From assembly GCA_951406725.2 (NCBI GenBank), contig OX597815.1:82336001-82400000 (forward strand): DNA of 64,000 nucleotides, given 5' to 3'. A program made the position numbers and the translations under genes. Numbering within the stretch: the first letter of the stretch is position 1; every line of letters begins with the position of its first letter. Under the pieces are notes generated by a model that had not been told where the DNA came from, searched no databases, and saw only the letters and a program-made list of their open reading frames with translations. The DNA comes from Octopus vulgaris. Its lineage: Eukaryota. Positions 27,970-40,360 of this stretch are shown one piece after another.

Positions 27970-28400
27970 AGGCAGCGAGCTGGCAAAGTCGTTAGCACGC
28001 CGGACAAAACACTTACTGGTATTTCATCCGACTTTACGTCCTGAGTTCAAACTCCGTCGAGGTTAACTTTACTTTTCATCCTTTCGGGGCTGATAAAATG
28101 AGTAATAATCGAGCACTGGGGTGGGTGATGTAATCGACTTACTCACGTCCCTCAAAATTGCTGGTCTTGTGCCAAAATTTAAAACCATAAAGCAACGAGC
28201 TAGCAGAACCGTTAGCACCAAGGAAAAATGCTTAGCGGTATTTCGTCTATATTTACCTCCTGAGTTCAAATTCCGAGGTCGACATTGCCTTTCATCTTTT
28301 CGAGGTCGATAAAATAAGTAACAGTTGAGCACTGGCGTCGATGTAATTGCCTTACCCACGTCCCTCAAAATTTCTGGCTTTATGCCAAAATTAGAAACCA
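27970..28400 (+). mobile_element. Two head-to-tail SINE family A copies
   Basis: ggcagcgagctggcaaagtcgttagcacg and agcaacgagctagcagaaccgttagc, each with core and gccaaaatt tail. Confidence 0.85.
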
Positions 28401-28929
28401 ATTTTACAGTCTACTGTTTTTAAGAAAGAGAAGGAAATGTAAGAAGCAAAACCAAGTAAAAAAGAAAAGTACTGACTGAATAATCATTGACGCAATGGCT
28501 TTGATCATAAATCCACCTGGTCACAGTTGGTCTAGGATTAAACCACAACAACAGCAACAAAATCAAAATCGAATATAACAAACCAACAATGCCAGACCTA
28601 GCACTAAACGATACTACTACTACTACTACCTGTATTGCCACAAATATCACTGGCTAGAACAAATTTCCAGTCAACACAACTGAATAATACCAAATGTGAC
28701 ACCAATATCAGCGCCGTCGCCATCACTTACGACTAACCATGCTAGCACACCAGCAATAACGAAGTGTAGAATGCCAACCGAACTAAACAGTACCAGATGT
28801 GATACCAAAGCCACTAATACTGTCATCATACGTAACAAACACAACAAATAATAGCCAGGAATTTCTTCCGTGACTGTAAAAACCACTACCATAAATATCA
28901 CCTCCAGCATCATCATAACAAATATTAAC

Positions 28930-29610
28930 ACCACCAACACCACCAGCACCAGCAACACCAGCATCTGCACTACCACCACCAGCGCCACCACTAGCACCAC
29001 TAGCACCACTAGCACCACCACCACCACCACCACCACAACCACCACCACCACCACCACCACCGCCGCTACCATTACTACTACCATCACTACTACCATCGTC
29101 ACCAGCGCCATCACCATTATCTTCGCCACTACCACCACCACCTTTGCTAGCACCATCTCCACAGCCACCCCTATAACCGCAACCACCACCGTCACCACAA
29201 CCACAACTTCATCCGCCATCATCACCACCACCGTTACAAATACCAACTTTCACACCAACACCAATAAACAATACCAGCTGTTGGCACCAACATACCATTA
29301 ACGATACCACAACAGTAATGCCAACGACACAAACTACAAAACAAATACCATCGCTGTCACCACCAACACCATTGCCATCACCACCACCACCACCACCACC
29401 ATTGCCATCAACGCCAACACCATAAACAGCAACGATTATAAAAGCACGGCGCTGACAACGACCCCACCCCATCAACCTCCCCACCACCAACAATAACAAC
29501 AACAACAACAACAACAACAACGACTACGACGACGTCAACGATAATAGCATCAACAACAACACCAGCAATAGTACTTGTAGCACCAAAAATACTAACGCCA
29601 ACCACATTAC
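28930..29610. repeat. ACC/AAC-rich low-complexity tract
   Basis: Directly visible; source of poly-T/V ORFs. Confidence 0.85.
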
Positions 29611-29860
29611 ACTGCCTTGTCAGTGGTTTAAAAGAAGTAATGAATTAATGTTTAAACTGACATTTTAATCTCTTCTGGTGAATGATTACTTCTTTTGTGT
29701 ATGGGGGTAGCGGGGTGCGGTTGGGACGGTAGGGGTGGTGTAGGTGGTCGTATTGGTGGCAGCAAGGATTAGTAGTTGAGGTGGTAGTGGTACTAGTTGA
29801 GTACAAATTCATTGGTGATGTTCAGCACAAGCAACATATACATACGTGCATATGGTTATA

Positions 29861-29892
<32 letters not shown>

Positions 29893-30178
29893 CATACATA
29901 CATACATGCATGCATACATACATACATACATATATATATATGTGTGTGTATGTATGTATGCATGTATGTATGTATGTATGCATGTATGTATGTATGTATA
30001 TAAAAAACCAGGCACAAATGGAAGCATACATATACACTTTAAAAATTTGATATGTAGGCGTCTAAGCATGTAAACACACTTATATGTATATATGTATATA
30101 GTCATTATTATTCATGTGTGTATATATATATGTTTGTGTGTGTGTATGTGTGTGTATATGTGTGTGTGTGTGTGTGCA

Positions 30179-30232
30179 ATACATCCGTACACTGAGGACG
30201 GATAACATTCAGAAACCTAGGTCTGTGAGTAT
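30179..30232 (+). ncRNA. Type I hammerhead ribozyme with canonical core
   Basis: taca CTGAGGA cggataacattca GAAA cctagg TC tgtg. Stem I taca/tgtg extended by atac/gtat; palindromic stem III acctaggt; GUC cleavage after 30223. Confidence 0.7.
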
Positions 30233-30392
30233 CACGTAAGGCTAGTGATAGGAGCGATGACTTCCTTTGCAACTGCTATACGGACACAAACTGTGTGTCG
30301 ATAACCAGCTGGAAATGATGTTTTCCTGGGGCTAAAACAACAGTAACATCGTCTTTTATAGGGCTGCCACATTCTGTTGGCATATATACATT

Positions 30393-30443
<51 letters not shown>

Positions 30444-30479
30444 TTACACACACGCACAAACACAAACATACACACACAA

Positions 30480-30633
30480 GGGGAGAATTCACAAAAAAAC
30501 GAAAGACGAAGACAGGTGGCGTAGACAACAAACAGATGTCTTAGTTAAACGCTTGGGAAGTGAAAAAGTCTTGAGCGTTTTGAGCCTACGCTCTTCCACA
30601 AATAGGAACACAGAAAGAAACAAGGAGAGAAAA
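30480..30633 (-). mobile_element. Penelope-like terminal fragment with decayed hammerhead (same family as 33468-33610)
   Basis: Shares aaagacg(a/t)agac..gtg...acaacaa.ca..tgt.ttagtt.aac...tggga and gagcgtag..tc with 33468-33610; sits between microsatellites. Confidence 0.5.
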
Positions 30634-30651
30634 TGATATATATATATATAT

Positions 30652-30940
30652 ACCGTGACCAACCAGACTATCAGATGTTGCTACACATCGCTGGTCACAA
30701 TGCGCTTCGCATTGTTTTAGCCTTCAAATGTCGCCACCCCGCTGGCTAAGCGAGCAGGCTAACAGAAGAGAGAGAGAGAGAAAGTTGTGGCGAAAGAGTA
30801 CAGCAGGGATCGCCACCAACCCTGCCGGAGCCTCGTGGAGCTTTAGGTGTTTTCGCTCAATAAACACTCATAACGCCCAGTCTGGGAATCGAAACCGCGA
30901 TTCTACAACTGCGAGTCCGCTGCCCTAACTACTGGGCCAT
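30652..30940 (-). mobile_element. SINE family D, tail type 1
   Basis: Reverse complement nearly identical to 13756-14034. Confidence 0.9.
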
Positions 30941-31717
30941 ATATTGATAGATAGATGGATAGACACACACGCACACACATATGTATATTATATATGTTTT
31001 TGTGATAGAGAGAGTGAAAGAGAGAGAGAGTGAGTGAGAGAGTGAGAATGAGAGTGAATGTGAGTGAGAGAGTGTGTGTGTGCGCGCGTGCGTGTGTATG
31101 TGCTAACATACTATCGTGAAGGAAGTGCTTTCGTATTGACAAGGCGATATTAATAACCTGGTGGTAAAACTCAATATACATATGTTTCAGAATGAAGCAT
31201 TAATCGAGTACAGAGCCTAATACAATATTAAATGAAAGACGAAGGAATAGGAAATTACACAATGAACTACATTAGCTTACAGTAGTTTTGGCACCGAAAT
31301 GTAATGCAGTCAGAGCTGAGAGCTTTATATATTCCTTGAACCTTAAAGTTTATTTAGGAAATCATCTACATATAAATTTCCTGTATCTTATAGAAGAAAC
31401 AGTTGTAAGCTAACGTATTTCATTGCAGATCTTTTTGCTCCTTTGTCATTTATTTAATTTCATGTGTGTGTTTGTGTGCGCGTGTGTATATAGATATGTA
31501 TTTTACATACGAGTTAAATAGTTACGCATCAAATAAATAATTAGTCTTTGACAGATCAACAGATGGACATGTAGATAGATTCTCAGAGACAAAAGCATAC
31601 AAATTGTAAAAGAATAATGATATATTGGTAATAGAGAAATAGATAGGTTGACAGCGATGTACAGTGATGTGTGTGTGCGTGCGTGTGTCTGTGTATGTAT
31701 AGAGATAGCTAGATAGC

Positions 31718-31761
<44 letters not shown>

Positions 31762-31839
31762 GCAGAGAGCTGTATACACGCGAGAGATGTATAAAGTCGA
31801 GTACATGTATATATGAATACATGCATGCGATAATATGTA

Positions 31840-31898
<59 letters not shown>

Positions 31899-32067
31899 AT
31901 ATATATATATATATATCTATTTACTTCTGTGTGTGTGTGCGCGCGTGTGTATACGTAAATGTATATGTTCAAACACACACACACACACACATATATACAT
32001 ATATATGCATGCATATGTATGTATATTCATGCACACATATATCGATGAGCACTCACCCGTATATGTA

Positions 32068-32975
32068 GAGGGCCGGTTGAAAAGTTCATAGGCTGACAAA
32101 CGAACTTTATTTTTCACCATAGTACCCCTTGCGATCCACACGCTTCTATCGGTGTTGCAGTGCTTTCATCTCATTAGTGAAGAAGCTTTTCTTTTGTTGC
32201 TAAAAAAAGATCATCAACAGCAGATACGGCGTTATCATCACTGCGACACTGGTTCCCAGTGAAGCGTTTTTTCATGTTCTGTGACAGATGATCATCAGAT
32301 GGTGTCAAATCAGGAACAGGGAGGCTGATCAACCAGTTCAAAGCCACAGACACGCACAACAGCTATTGAAAAGAAGTATTTGTGAACTGAAGCACTGTTC
32401 TAATGAGACAAAACACTTTTCGTCACTTTTCTTGGGTGCTTGGTTTTGATATCCTTTCGTAATTGCTTCTGCAAGCTGGTATAGTACTTTCAACTGATGG
32501 TGTGGTCAGTAAACAATACTTTTTGTATCCAAAAGAATTAAGCCATCAATTTCTTTGCAGATGGAACGACCTTGGCCCTTTGTGGAGTAGATGAGTAGGA
32601 GTTTTTCCACAGTTTGGATTGTCCCTCTGTTTCTCGTTCAAAGTGATGGTCCCAACACATATCCTGGGTTAAAAAATGTTCAAAGAAGTCAGCTGAAACT
32701 GCCTCAAACAATGTCAAACTTTTTCCGTCACGTGATTAATCTGGTGCGGTTTTGATAAACTGTCAGAAGACGTGGCATCCACCGAGAGGAAACGTTCGTC
32801 ATGCCAAGTTCATTGTTCAGAATATTCTAAACTCTCTCACCCGATGTGCTAATAGCATTGGCTATTTGGTTTATAGAGAATCGCCGCCTGACATCCATTA
32901 CTAAGTGGTGAACACGATGAATGTTTTCGTTGGTGGCAGTTGCAAGACGTGCAGTCCTTGGGTCCTCGGCGTTAA
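32068..32975 (-). mobile_element. Decayed mariner transposon (transposase pseudogene plus one TIR)
   Basis: Minus-strand fragments EDPRTARLAT, ELGMTNVSSRWMPR (WVPR motif), QDMCWDHH (DETWVHH-like), PDLTPSDDHL..NMKK (YSPDLAPSD-like). TIR-like ta|gagggccggttgaaaagttc at the left end. Confidence 0.85.
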
Positions 32976-33294
32976 GCCTTTATGTGAAGGTACATGATAA
33001 CATCACGATGCGAAATTCTGACCATTTTCAAGAAAAGTCGCTACTAGTTACATTCGAAGTTTCCTTTGAAGAGTGATATGTTATTAATAAGAAGGGATGA
33101 AAATAATGCATGCAAGATTTCACAGCTTTCACATTGCTTCTTCATCGTAAGCCTATGAACTTTTCTACTCACTCCCGCACAGATATATGTATCGGTGTAC
33201 ATATGCATGCATGCGCTTTTTCTTGCATTTATACATGTCTCATCTTCTCTCTTCTCTCTCCATCACACACACAGACGCTGCACACTCGTACATA

Positions 33295-33388
33295 TGTATG
33301 TATGTATGTATGTTTGTATGTATGTATGTATGTATGTATGTATGTATGTATGTATGTATGTATGTATGTATGTATGTATGTATGTATG

Positions 33389-33455
<67 letters not shown>
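33295..33455. repeat. (TATG)n-(TATC)n compound microsatellite
   Basis: Directly visible. Confidence 0.95.
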
Positions 33456-33456
<1 letters not shown>

Positions 33457-33467
33457 GTTGACATTTA

Positions 33468-33610
33468 TAGAAAAAACAAAAGACGTAGACTGGTGTATGA
33501 ACAACAAGCAAGTGTATTAGTTTAACATTTGGGAATAATGAAAAAGTCTTTTACGTTTCGAATCTACGCTCTTCAACAGAAAGGAATAAAAGAAAATAAA
33601 CTGAGAGAGA
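33468..33610 (-). mobile_element. Penelope-like terminal fragment with hammerhead-like motif (33548-33583)
   Basis: Minus strand cttt CTGTTGA a gagcgtagattc GAAA cg TA aaag; the core deviates at A6. Confidence 0.5.
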
Positions 33611-33689
33611 ATGAAAAGCAAACTTGTAGATTTCAGCGGTCCAGCATGGGCAATACACACACACACACACACACACACATACATATATC

Positions 33690-33873
33690 TATTTCTTTAC
33701 TACCCACAAGAGGCTAAACACAGGGAGGACAAGCAAGGACAGACAAACGGATTAAGTCGATTACATCAACCCCAGTGCGTAACTGGTACTTAATTAACCG
33801 ACCCCGAAAGGATGAAAGGCAAAGTCGACCTCGGCAGAATTTGAACTCAGAACGTAAAGACAGACGAAATACC
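33690..33873 (-). mobile_element. Headless 184-bp SINE family A unit fused to a LINE 3' end
   Basis: Minus strand ggtatttcgtctg...gcctttcatcctttcggggtcgg...agcctcttgtgggtagtaaagaaata; same length and endpoints as the units at 3909-4092 and 40593-40776. Confidence 0.9.
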
Positions 33874-35095
33874 AATTTCTTTATTGCCCACCAGGGGCCA
33901 AAGATAGAAACGGATAGAACAACTGATGGGATCAGTGAAGCGATATGATTTTACATATAATGTGACTTTAAAAATTTAAATACAATATGTAAAAAATCGA
34001 ATAGAATTAACAATACAGAAACAATACAAATGAAGCGATGACCAGGCCACGCTCCGACCCCACAAGCCCCGATCTACCGCTGGTCTCTTTTTTTTCCGTC
34101 TATTCACACGGTTCCTTGCACGCACAACACTCGTGCAACATGCTTCCATCTCTTTTGGAACGTACACTCCGACAGACACCTCTTCTCCAGTCACAGCTTC
34201 CTTTTCAAATGAAAAGAAAAAAAGATCGTAAATTCTGACCAGAGATAAAGTTGCCTGTCTTAATTCCTTTTATACTGCCTCTTTTGCTATTGCTACAACC
34301 GTGAGAAAACAATTCTTACCTTCGTTCGTTAGAACTCCCGGTGGGTCAATTTTTATAATTGACTCAGTCGACAGCTGTATTCTTCCTTCGCCGGACAACA
34401 GGTGTTCAGCATAAGCCCACATTTTAGTTATCTCCGGACACTGAACAATAGCGTGAGGGACGGTTTCCCTGTACCCACCACATCTTGGACAGGTCGGCGA
34501 CTGACGTTTACCATGTCTTGCGAGCTTATCCCAAACGGACCAGGTTAAGGACTTTTGGAAGTTGTCCAACGTTCTCAACCCGATTGAACGGTGAAACAGG
34601 CTGTCCAGTTGAATAAATCCGAGACCTAGAGTCGACCCCAGGCCATCCTCGCATTCTGACTCTACCAACCCACTATATAAAATACGTGTGGAACCCCCAC
34701 CACTGGCGTTGCCCGAGCGCCGGAATAGCAAGAGGGCCTTACGGCACTCTTTATGCCACTCACTCAACCTCGGTCTACGAGAACACCAGGCTTCCTGTTC
34801 GCAAAAACTTTTGAACTCAGGGAACATTTGTCTGGCCAGCGGGGACCACACCCGTTCACTATCCAGGAGAATCCAGAGGTGCCTCAACCTTAACGCATGT
34901 CTGCGCATCATTAACCAAGGATCCCTAAACCTCCCTTTAAAGGTTTTTGACAGCAGACAGAGCGTTTCACAAGTGGTGACCTGCCCTTCCACAAAAAGCG
35001 AAAGAGCTGTTTCTCCAACCTGATCAACCACGAATCCGGACAGGGCACGACGGTTAGGCGGTAGGTACTGACCGAAGCGATAAACACATTGGCCA
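33874..35095 (-). mobile_element. 5'-truncated L1/Tx1-clade LINE: ORF2 C-terminus (frameshifted) plus 3' UTR
   Basis: LEKQLFRFLWKGRSPLVKRSVCCQKPLKGGLG and the zinc-knuckle CPRCGGYRETVPHAIVQC are typical of L1/Tx1 ORF2 C-termini. The reading frame ends at about 34100 and the UTR ends ggcccctggtgggcaataaagaaatt. Confidence 0.85.
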
Positions 35096-35522
35096 TTATC
35101 ACAGTTTATTAACTCTTCCTTACAGCATGATTACTACTTGTTAAAAGTAATGACAAATTTTTTCAGCAATTATTTTTGTATACGTAGAAGCTGTGTTCTT
35201 AATGGTTTTTAGATAACCGTTTGTATAGCTTTTCGAAGCTCTCTAACAGAAAACTGATAAGGTATTTATATGTACCCATGGATTTTCATTTTGTACTCCT
35301 TCTAAGGATTCTTTTACTAAGTACTGACAACCGTCACTCGAGAGTGAATATTGTTCAGTACAATGTCTTCACTCATTGTTTTAGGTACCTATGTAGTCGC
35401 GAACAGACATAGGTAGCTTCTCGGTATATCGCCCTTGACACAGTGGAATATCCAAAATCTTACAGGTGTAGGGATAGAGAGAAAGAAAGAAAGAGAGAGA
35501 GAGAGAGAAAGACAGGCCGACA

Positions 35523-35557
<35 letters not shown>

Positions 35558-35596
35558 GATAGATAGATAAATAGATAGATAGATAGATAGATAGAT

Positions 35597-35637
<41 letters not shown>

Positions 35638-35805
35638 AGCCTAGTACCCGGCTGGCTCTCATTACGTGACTGGTATACAGTTTTATTAATTTCTGAAGAA
35701 ATAAAGTTGACATCGACGGGATTTGAACACAAGATGTAAAGAGCCGGAGCACACATCGTAAGGCAAGTTGCTCTATTTTAATTATTCTCTCGTGTACAAC
35801 ATTTG

Positions 35806-36020
35806 GTTTCAAATTTTGGCACAGGGCCAGTAGTTTCGAGGAAAGGAATATATTGATTACATCGACCCCCCAGTGCTCAACTGGTGCTTATTTCATCGAA
35901 CACGAAAAGATGAAAGGTAAAGTCGACCCCGTCAGCATTTGAACTCGAAACGTAAAGTCGGACGAAATACCGCTAAGCATTTTATCTAGTGTGCTTACGA
36001 TTCTGCCCGTGCGCCGCCTT
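35806..36020 (-). mobile_element. SINE family A
   Basis: Reverse complement aaggcggcgcacgggcagaatcg...gcttagcggtatttcgtcc...gagttcaaat. Confidence 0.85.
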
Positions 36021-37357
36021 ACTTTAGCAGAAATATTAACACTGTTTCCTAATATTGTCACTAGGTCAGACATTTGTGGTGTGATTGTCACACAATGCCA
36101 TCGAAATCCTGTACTCGTTTGACACTATTTTAATCGACATCTTTGTGTAAGGCCACAGAACGTTAATAATACTCACCGTCCTCTTCTGCCTGCATTATGT
36201 CTAATAGCAACAATTTCTGATATAGTTAAAAGACCACATCTTGTTTCTGGTGGTGATACAAATCTAAAACGAGTATTCGTCTGATTATTATATTGATTTC
36301 ACAGGCATCTAACCTCGAAATATAAGGAAGCGTTGCTACATAGCGCAAGGTAAATTAACCACTAATCTAATAATTCTACTAAACCATTACCTTTGACCAT
36401 AGAGTTGGGGAAATTGTAATATATTTAACTAAAAGTGCTTTATAGGTATGAATGTGGAGTCGAAAAGTTTTCTTCGAAACTGATTGGTATCGGATACAGT
36501 TCTACCGTGGGCTGTCTTGGGTGACTGTCTCATGATGACTAATGATTTGTGAGTGTTATCTAGTGCACAGAAATTGAGCAATAACCACACTCACCCACGC
36601 ACAGACGTTCACACACACACATGCACACACACATACACACACATACACACAATCGCACGACGCACACACATGCACACTTACATGCATACATACACATATG
36701 CATACACACACAGACATACACGCACGACGCACACACGTATACACTTACATGCATGCATACATACATACACACACATACACACACACGTATGGACACAGAA
36801 GTGCTGGATTAGTATTCTTTTTACGACTCCGCGAAAATGAAAAGTAAAGTTAGCGTGAGTGATATTTGAACTCAGAGACTCGGTGCACAAACAGCTGGGA
36901 CGTCTCTCGCAAGGAAATATCTCTACACAATAGCTGGACCAAGTAAAAGAACGAAACAATATACTTTCTCTCTGTCTGCCTGTCTCTGTCTGTATCTCTC
37001 GTTATCTTTCTCTCTCTCTCTCTCCCTCATTTACATACGAACAGAGAACATACACACACATGCATGCAGACAAGCAGGGTGGCATACAGACAAATATCCA
37101 CACAGACGGAAAGAATGATAGAAAGTCAGACATATTAGTCTTTAATAACATAAAACCAGACGAACTGGAGCTGTGTACCCTTTCGCTATTTTCAATGTGT
37201 TTGTTCAATTTAGCATGTATATATTCAGTCTTTGGAGGTACGTAGGTGTGCGTAGGTGCATGTTTTTGTATGTTTTGGTGCGTATATACACGCACACACA
37301 CATATATATACAGATACATGTGTGCGGATATACATAGATACACACACACACAGACAC

Positions 37358-37422
<65 letters not shown>

Positions 37423-37949
37423 CGTGTGTGTGTGTATGCATGTATAGATAACAAATATATATACACACATACACACATGCATACACATATCTAATGAGAG
37501 AATTATGCATAGTTGGGCAGTTATAAACTAAATGGAAGTGTAAAATTTATAAGAATAAAAAGCAAAACCGACCGTAATTCTATATGTTCAGCCATTCAAT
37601 ACTATCATGGCAATCAAGATTACCGCCAATGCTACCATGGCAATTGTAGTGCTATCAACATCTACATTCACCAACAATAGCCAGTCAAGAGGAGCAGTTT
37701 TTAAGCGCTCATTGGGTCTGCTTAAAATAGTAGCTAAATTCCGCTAAAATCACAAACTAATCATCGGTTTTCGTCCGACGGTGAAGATGTGATCTGAGGG
37801 GAAAACCCCATTGTCTTCGGAGACGGCGATGGAAATTTCTTTTTTCTTTTCATTCCATTTCTCTTTCGAATTCCACTCTATCCTTCCTATACCCTCATCA
37901 TAATGACATAATGTATATGTAAACACATTTCAGGGTGACAGTTCTTATT

Positions 37950-38230
37950 GCAGTTTGCTTTTTCCACCCCTGTTTCTTTCGCACGCATCCCCACAGTTTG
38001 CGTATGAATGACCTATTGGGCGCTATGCACACTTTAGCCGACCGTACAGGAGATCCTAAGGCATGCGTCCCACGTTCATGCAGCGCACCTGAGCAATCCT
38101 TCACAGTAATGGTAGCTGAGCATTGCAGATATAATCTAAGATACTATTCTATCAAAGACCTCTGAGTTGGTGACTTCGTTTTCTCAGAAACGGATAATGC
38201 TTCTTGAATTCTGTCGCAAACGTGTACGCC
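37950..38230 (-). mobile_element. Decayed RTE-clade LINE fragment
   Basis: Minus-strand ENEVTNSEVFDR and MNVGRMP*DLLYGRL...RPIG match the RTE motifs DKVTN.EVL and M.DGRIPKDLLYGEL...RP.G. Confidence 0.6.
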
Positions 38231-38479
38231 CTTTTCGGCATTATGAAATTTAAATCAAACTTATTTTAACGAATCAAAATCAGAATTAAGTAAAATATTG
38301 AATATGTAACTCTACAAGCTTATTCACCGGCAAGTACAACTGTTACATGATGATACCATGGCAAATGTTTGCAGTAATTAATATAGCAAGAAAAATGTTT
38401 AGTTTACGTCACTGATAAAATACAACACATCCAGGTGTTTATTCATGATGTCACAAAAAAGAATTCATTGTTAATCATA

Positions 38480-38800
38480 ATGTCCATATTTACACGTCTG
38501 AATACATAGCAACAAATGTGAATTGTCAGAGGAGAGCAGGTGCATCTTCTCATAAATGGACTTAAGCTGTCAAAAATCCCGCTGTTCTGTTTGGCTACAT
38601 TAGTAAATACAGAGAAAATGACAGTGGTAGAAGATCTCTTGATTTGTTATCAACCGAGTTTTACACATGTTACTCGAGAGGTTTATTCTGAGATGCCTTT
38701 TGAACAAATTGAAGCAGCCAGGTTTTCGGTTTCTCTACTTTTGGAAAATATTTGCATTATATGCGGCCTAATTTTAACAGTTATTAATTCCCAAACATGT
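38480..38800 (+). mobile_element. Possible hAT (Buster/Charlie-like) transposase remnant
   Basis: ORF 38540-38857 segments VVEDLLICYQ..THVT.EVY and ENICIICG resemble the Buster-type EDLL.C..L...TTG.DIF...C..ICTDG region. Confidence 0.4.
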
Positions 38801-39171
38801 TCAATGTTTAGAGATCTGCATTGTTTCTTTCAAACCAGGAACACTCACTGTTTCTAACAGATTACTATAGGAAACCATCTATTGTTTTTCAATACTAATA
38901 ACAATTTTAAACATTTATTTTTAGGTCTTAGTGAAACAGAGTGGTTTAATTTCCAATTCTGATCGGGTTTCTTCCACAGGAGTTTTTCATAAGGGGCGAG
39001 AAAAATTAACTAGCCTGAATGAATACCATGCGCCCTTTCTGTCGAAAACATAAAAATGTAAATAATAATGAAAATACAACAAAGAAAAATTTTAAAACTG
39101 GTCGGTTTAAAATTTTCCACCACAACCGCCACCCAACAACAAAAACAGCAGCAGCAACTACAAAAAGAAAA

Positions 39172-39223
<52 letters not shown>

Positions 39224-39538
39224 GTACTGCACCGGCAGCTGCAACAACATTAATATCAACATTATTAACTAGCAGCAAAATTTCCCTTTAAGTACACTTT
39301 GCAGTGTTAAAAATATACAACGGAATTACATCACGGAAAATCTAGTCATACAACAAATACGTTGTCTGAAGTAAAAAGATGGGATGGTCACGCTAAGAAT
39401 ACCATCAACATCAGACAACAAGAACAAGAACAGTAATAGTAGTAAGAAATGTTATAACAGCGATAAGCTCCCTACGACTTGAAGCAAGATCAAACTAAAT
39501 CCTTACAAGCCCTAGATATGTGTTTGAGTGTATGACTC

Positions 39539-39570
<32 letters not shown>

Positions 39571-39780
39571 TGTGTGTTTGCGTGCGTGTATGTATGTGTG
39601 TGTTTGTGTGTGTGTGTGATGAATGCATAGTTCTCAGCCATAACACTGCTACTTGTAACTCTACTATCACTCCTAAAACCACATTCTGCGCAGGCAGCAT
39701 TTAGCTCCCTGCCCCATAACGATAACTTCCACCATATTCGCCATAAACACAAGCAGCAAATATTATTGATGATAAGTAAT

Positions 39781-39980
39781 AAGACGGTGGGCTGGCTGAA
39801 GTGTTAGCACGCCGGGCGAAATGCTTAGCGGCATTTCGTCCATCTTTACGTTCTGAGGTCAGCTTTACCTTTTATCCTTCCGGTAGCGATAAAATAAGCA
39901 CCAATTGTGCACTGGAGTGGATGTAATCGACTTACACCCCTTCCTTTGGTCTTTCTGGTATGGTGCCAAAATTTAAACCA
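39781..39980 (+). mobile_element. SINE family A
   Basis: aagacggtgggctggc...gttagcacgccgggcgaaatgcttagcggcatttcgtc...gtgccaaaattt. Confidence 0.85.
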
Positions 39981-39986
39981 ATAATA

Positions 39987-40238
39987 TTAGGGTAGTACAT
40001 AATTATTGTGTCTTTTATTCAACAAAAACAATAACAGCATTTAACAAAAACATCTTTAAATGATTATTCTGGAGCATATTCACCATCTACTTCAGTTACT
40101 GCTTCCAATTTGCTTGGAAGTCGGTCGGAATAATCATTTAAAGATGTTTTTGTTAAATGTTGTCATTGTTTTTGTTGAATAAAATTAATAAAAAACAACA
40201 ACAAAAAACAAACCCGCAATAAGTATGCACCAACCTAA
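39987..40238. mobile_element. Mariner-derived MITE (long hairpin)
   Basis: TA|ttagggtagtacataattattg versus caataagtatgcaccaacctaa|TA (mariner-type ttaggttggtgca terminus). Inner arms of about 59 bp (ttttattcaacaaaaacaat...aatgattattc) are nearly perfectly inverted. Confidence 0.85.
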
Positions 40239-40360
40239 TACTAAGAAATCATCATCATCATCATCATCTCCAACACCAGCAGTATCACATTCACTATATA
40301 TTTCAAATATCTACTAAAAGCCTTGTGCCAAATTTGAAACCAATATAAATAACGACAAAG

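Noticed and set aside
28671-29301. 191-aa Val-rich and 143-aa Thr-rich ORFs
   Set aside because: Low-complexity ACC repeats; no evidence of coding.
34688-35023. 111-aa plus-strand ORF
   Set aside because: Antisense shadow of the LINE ORF2 fragment.
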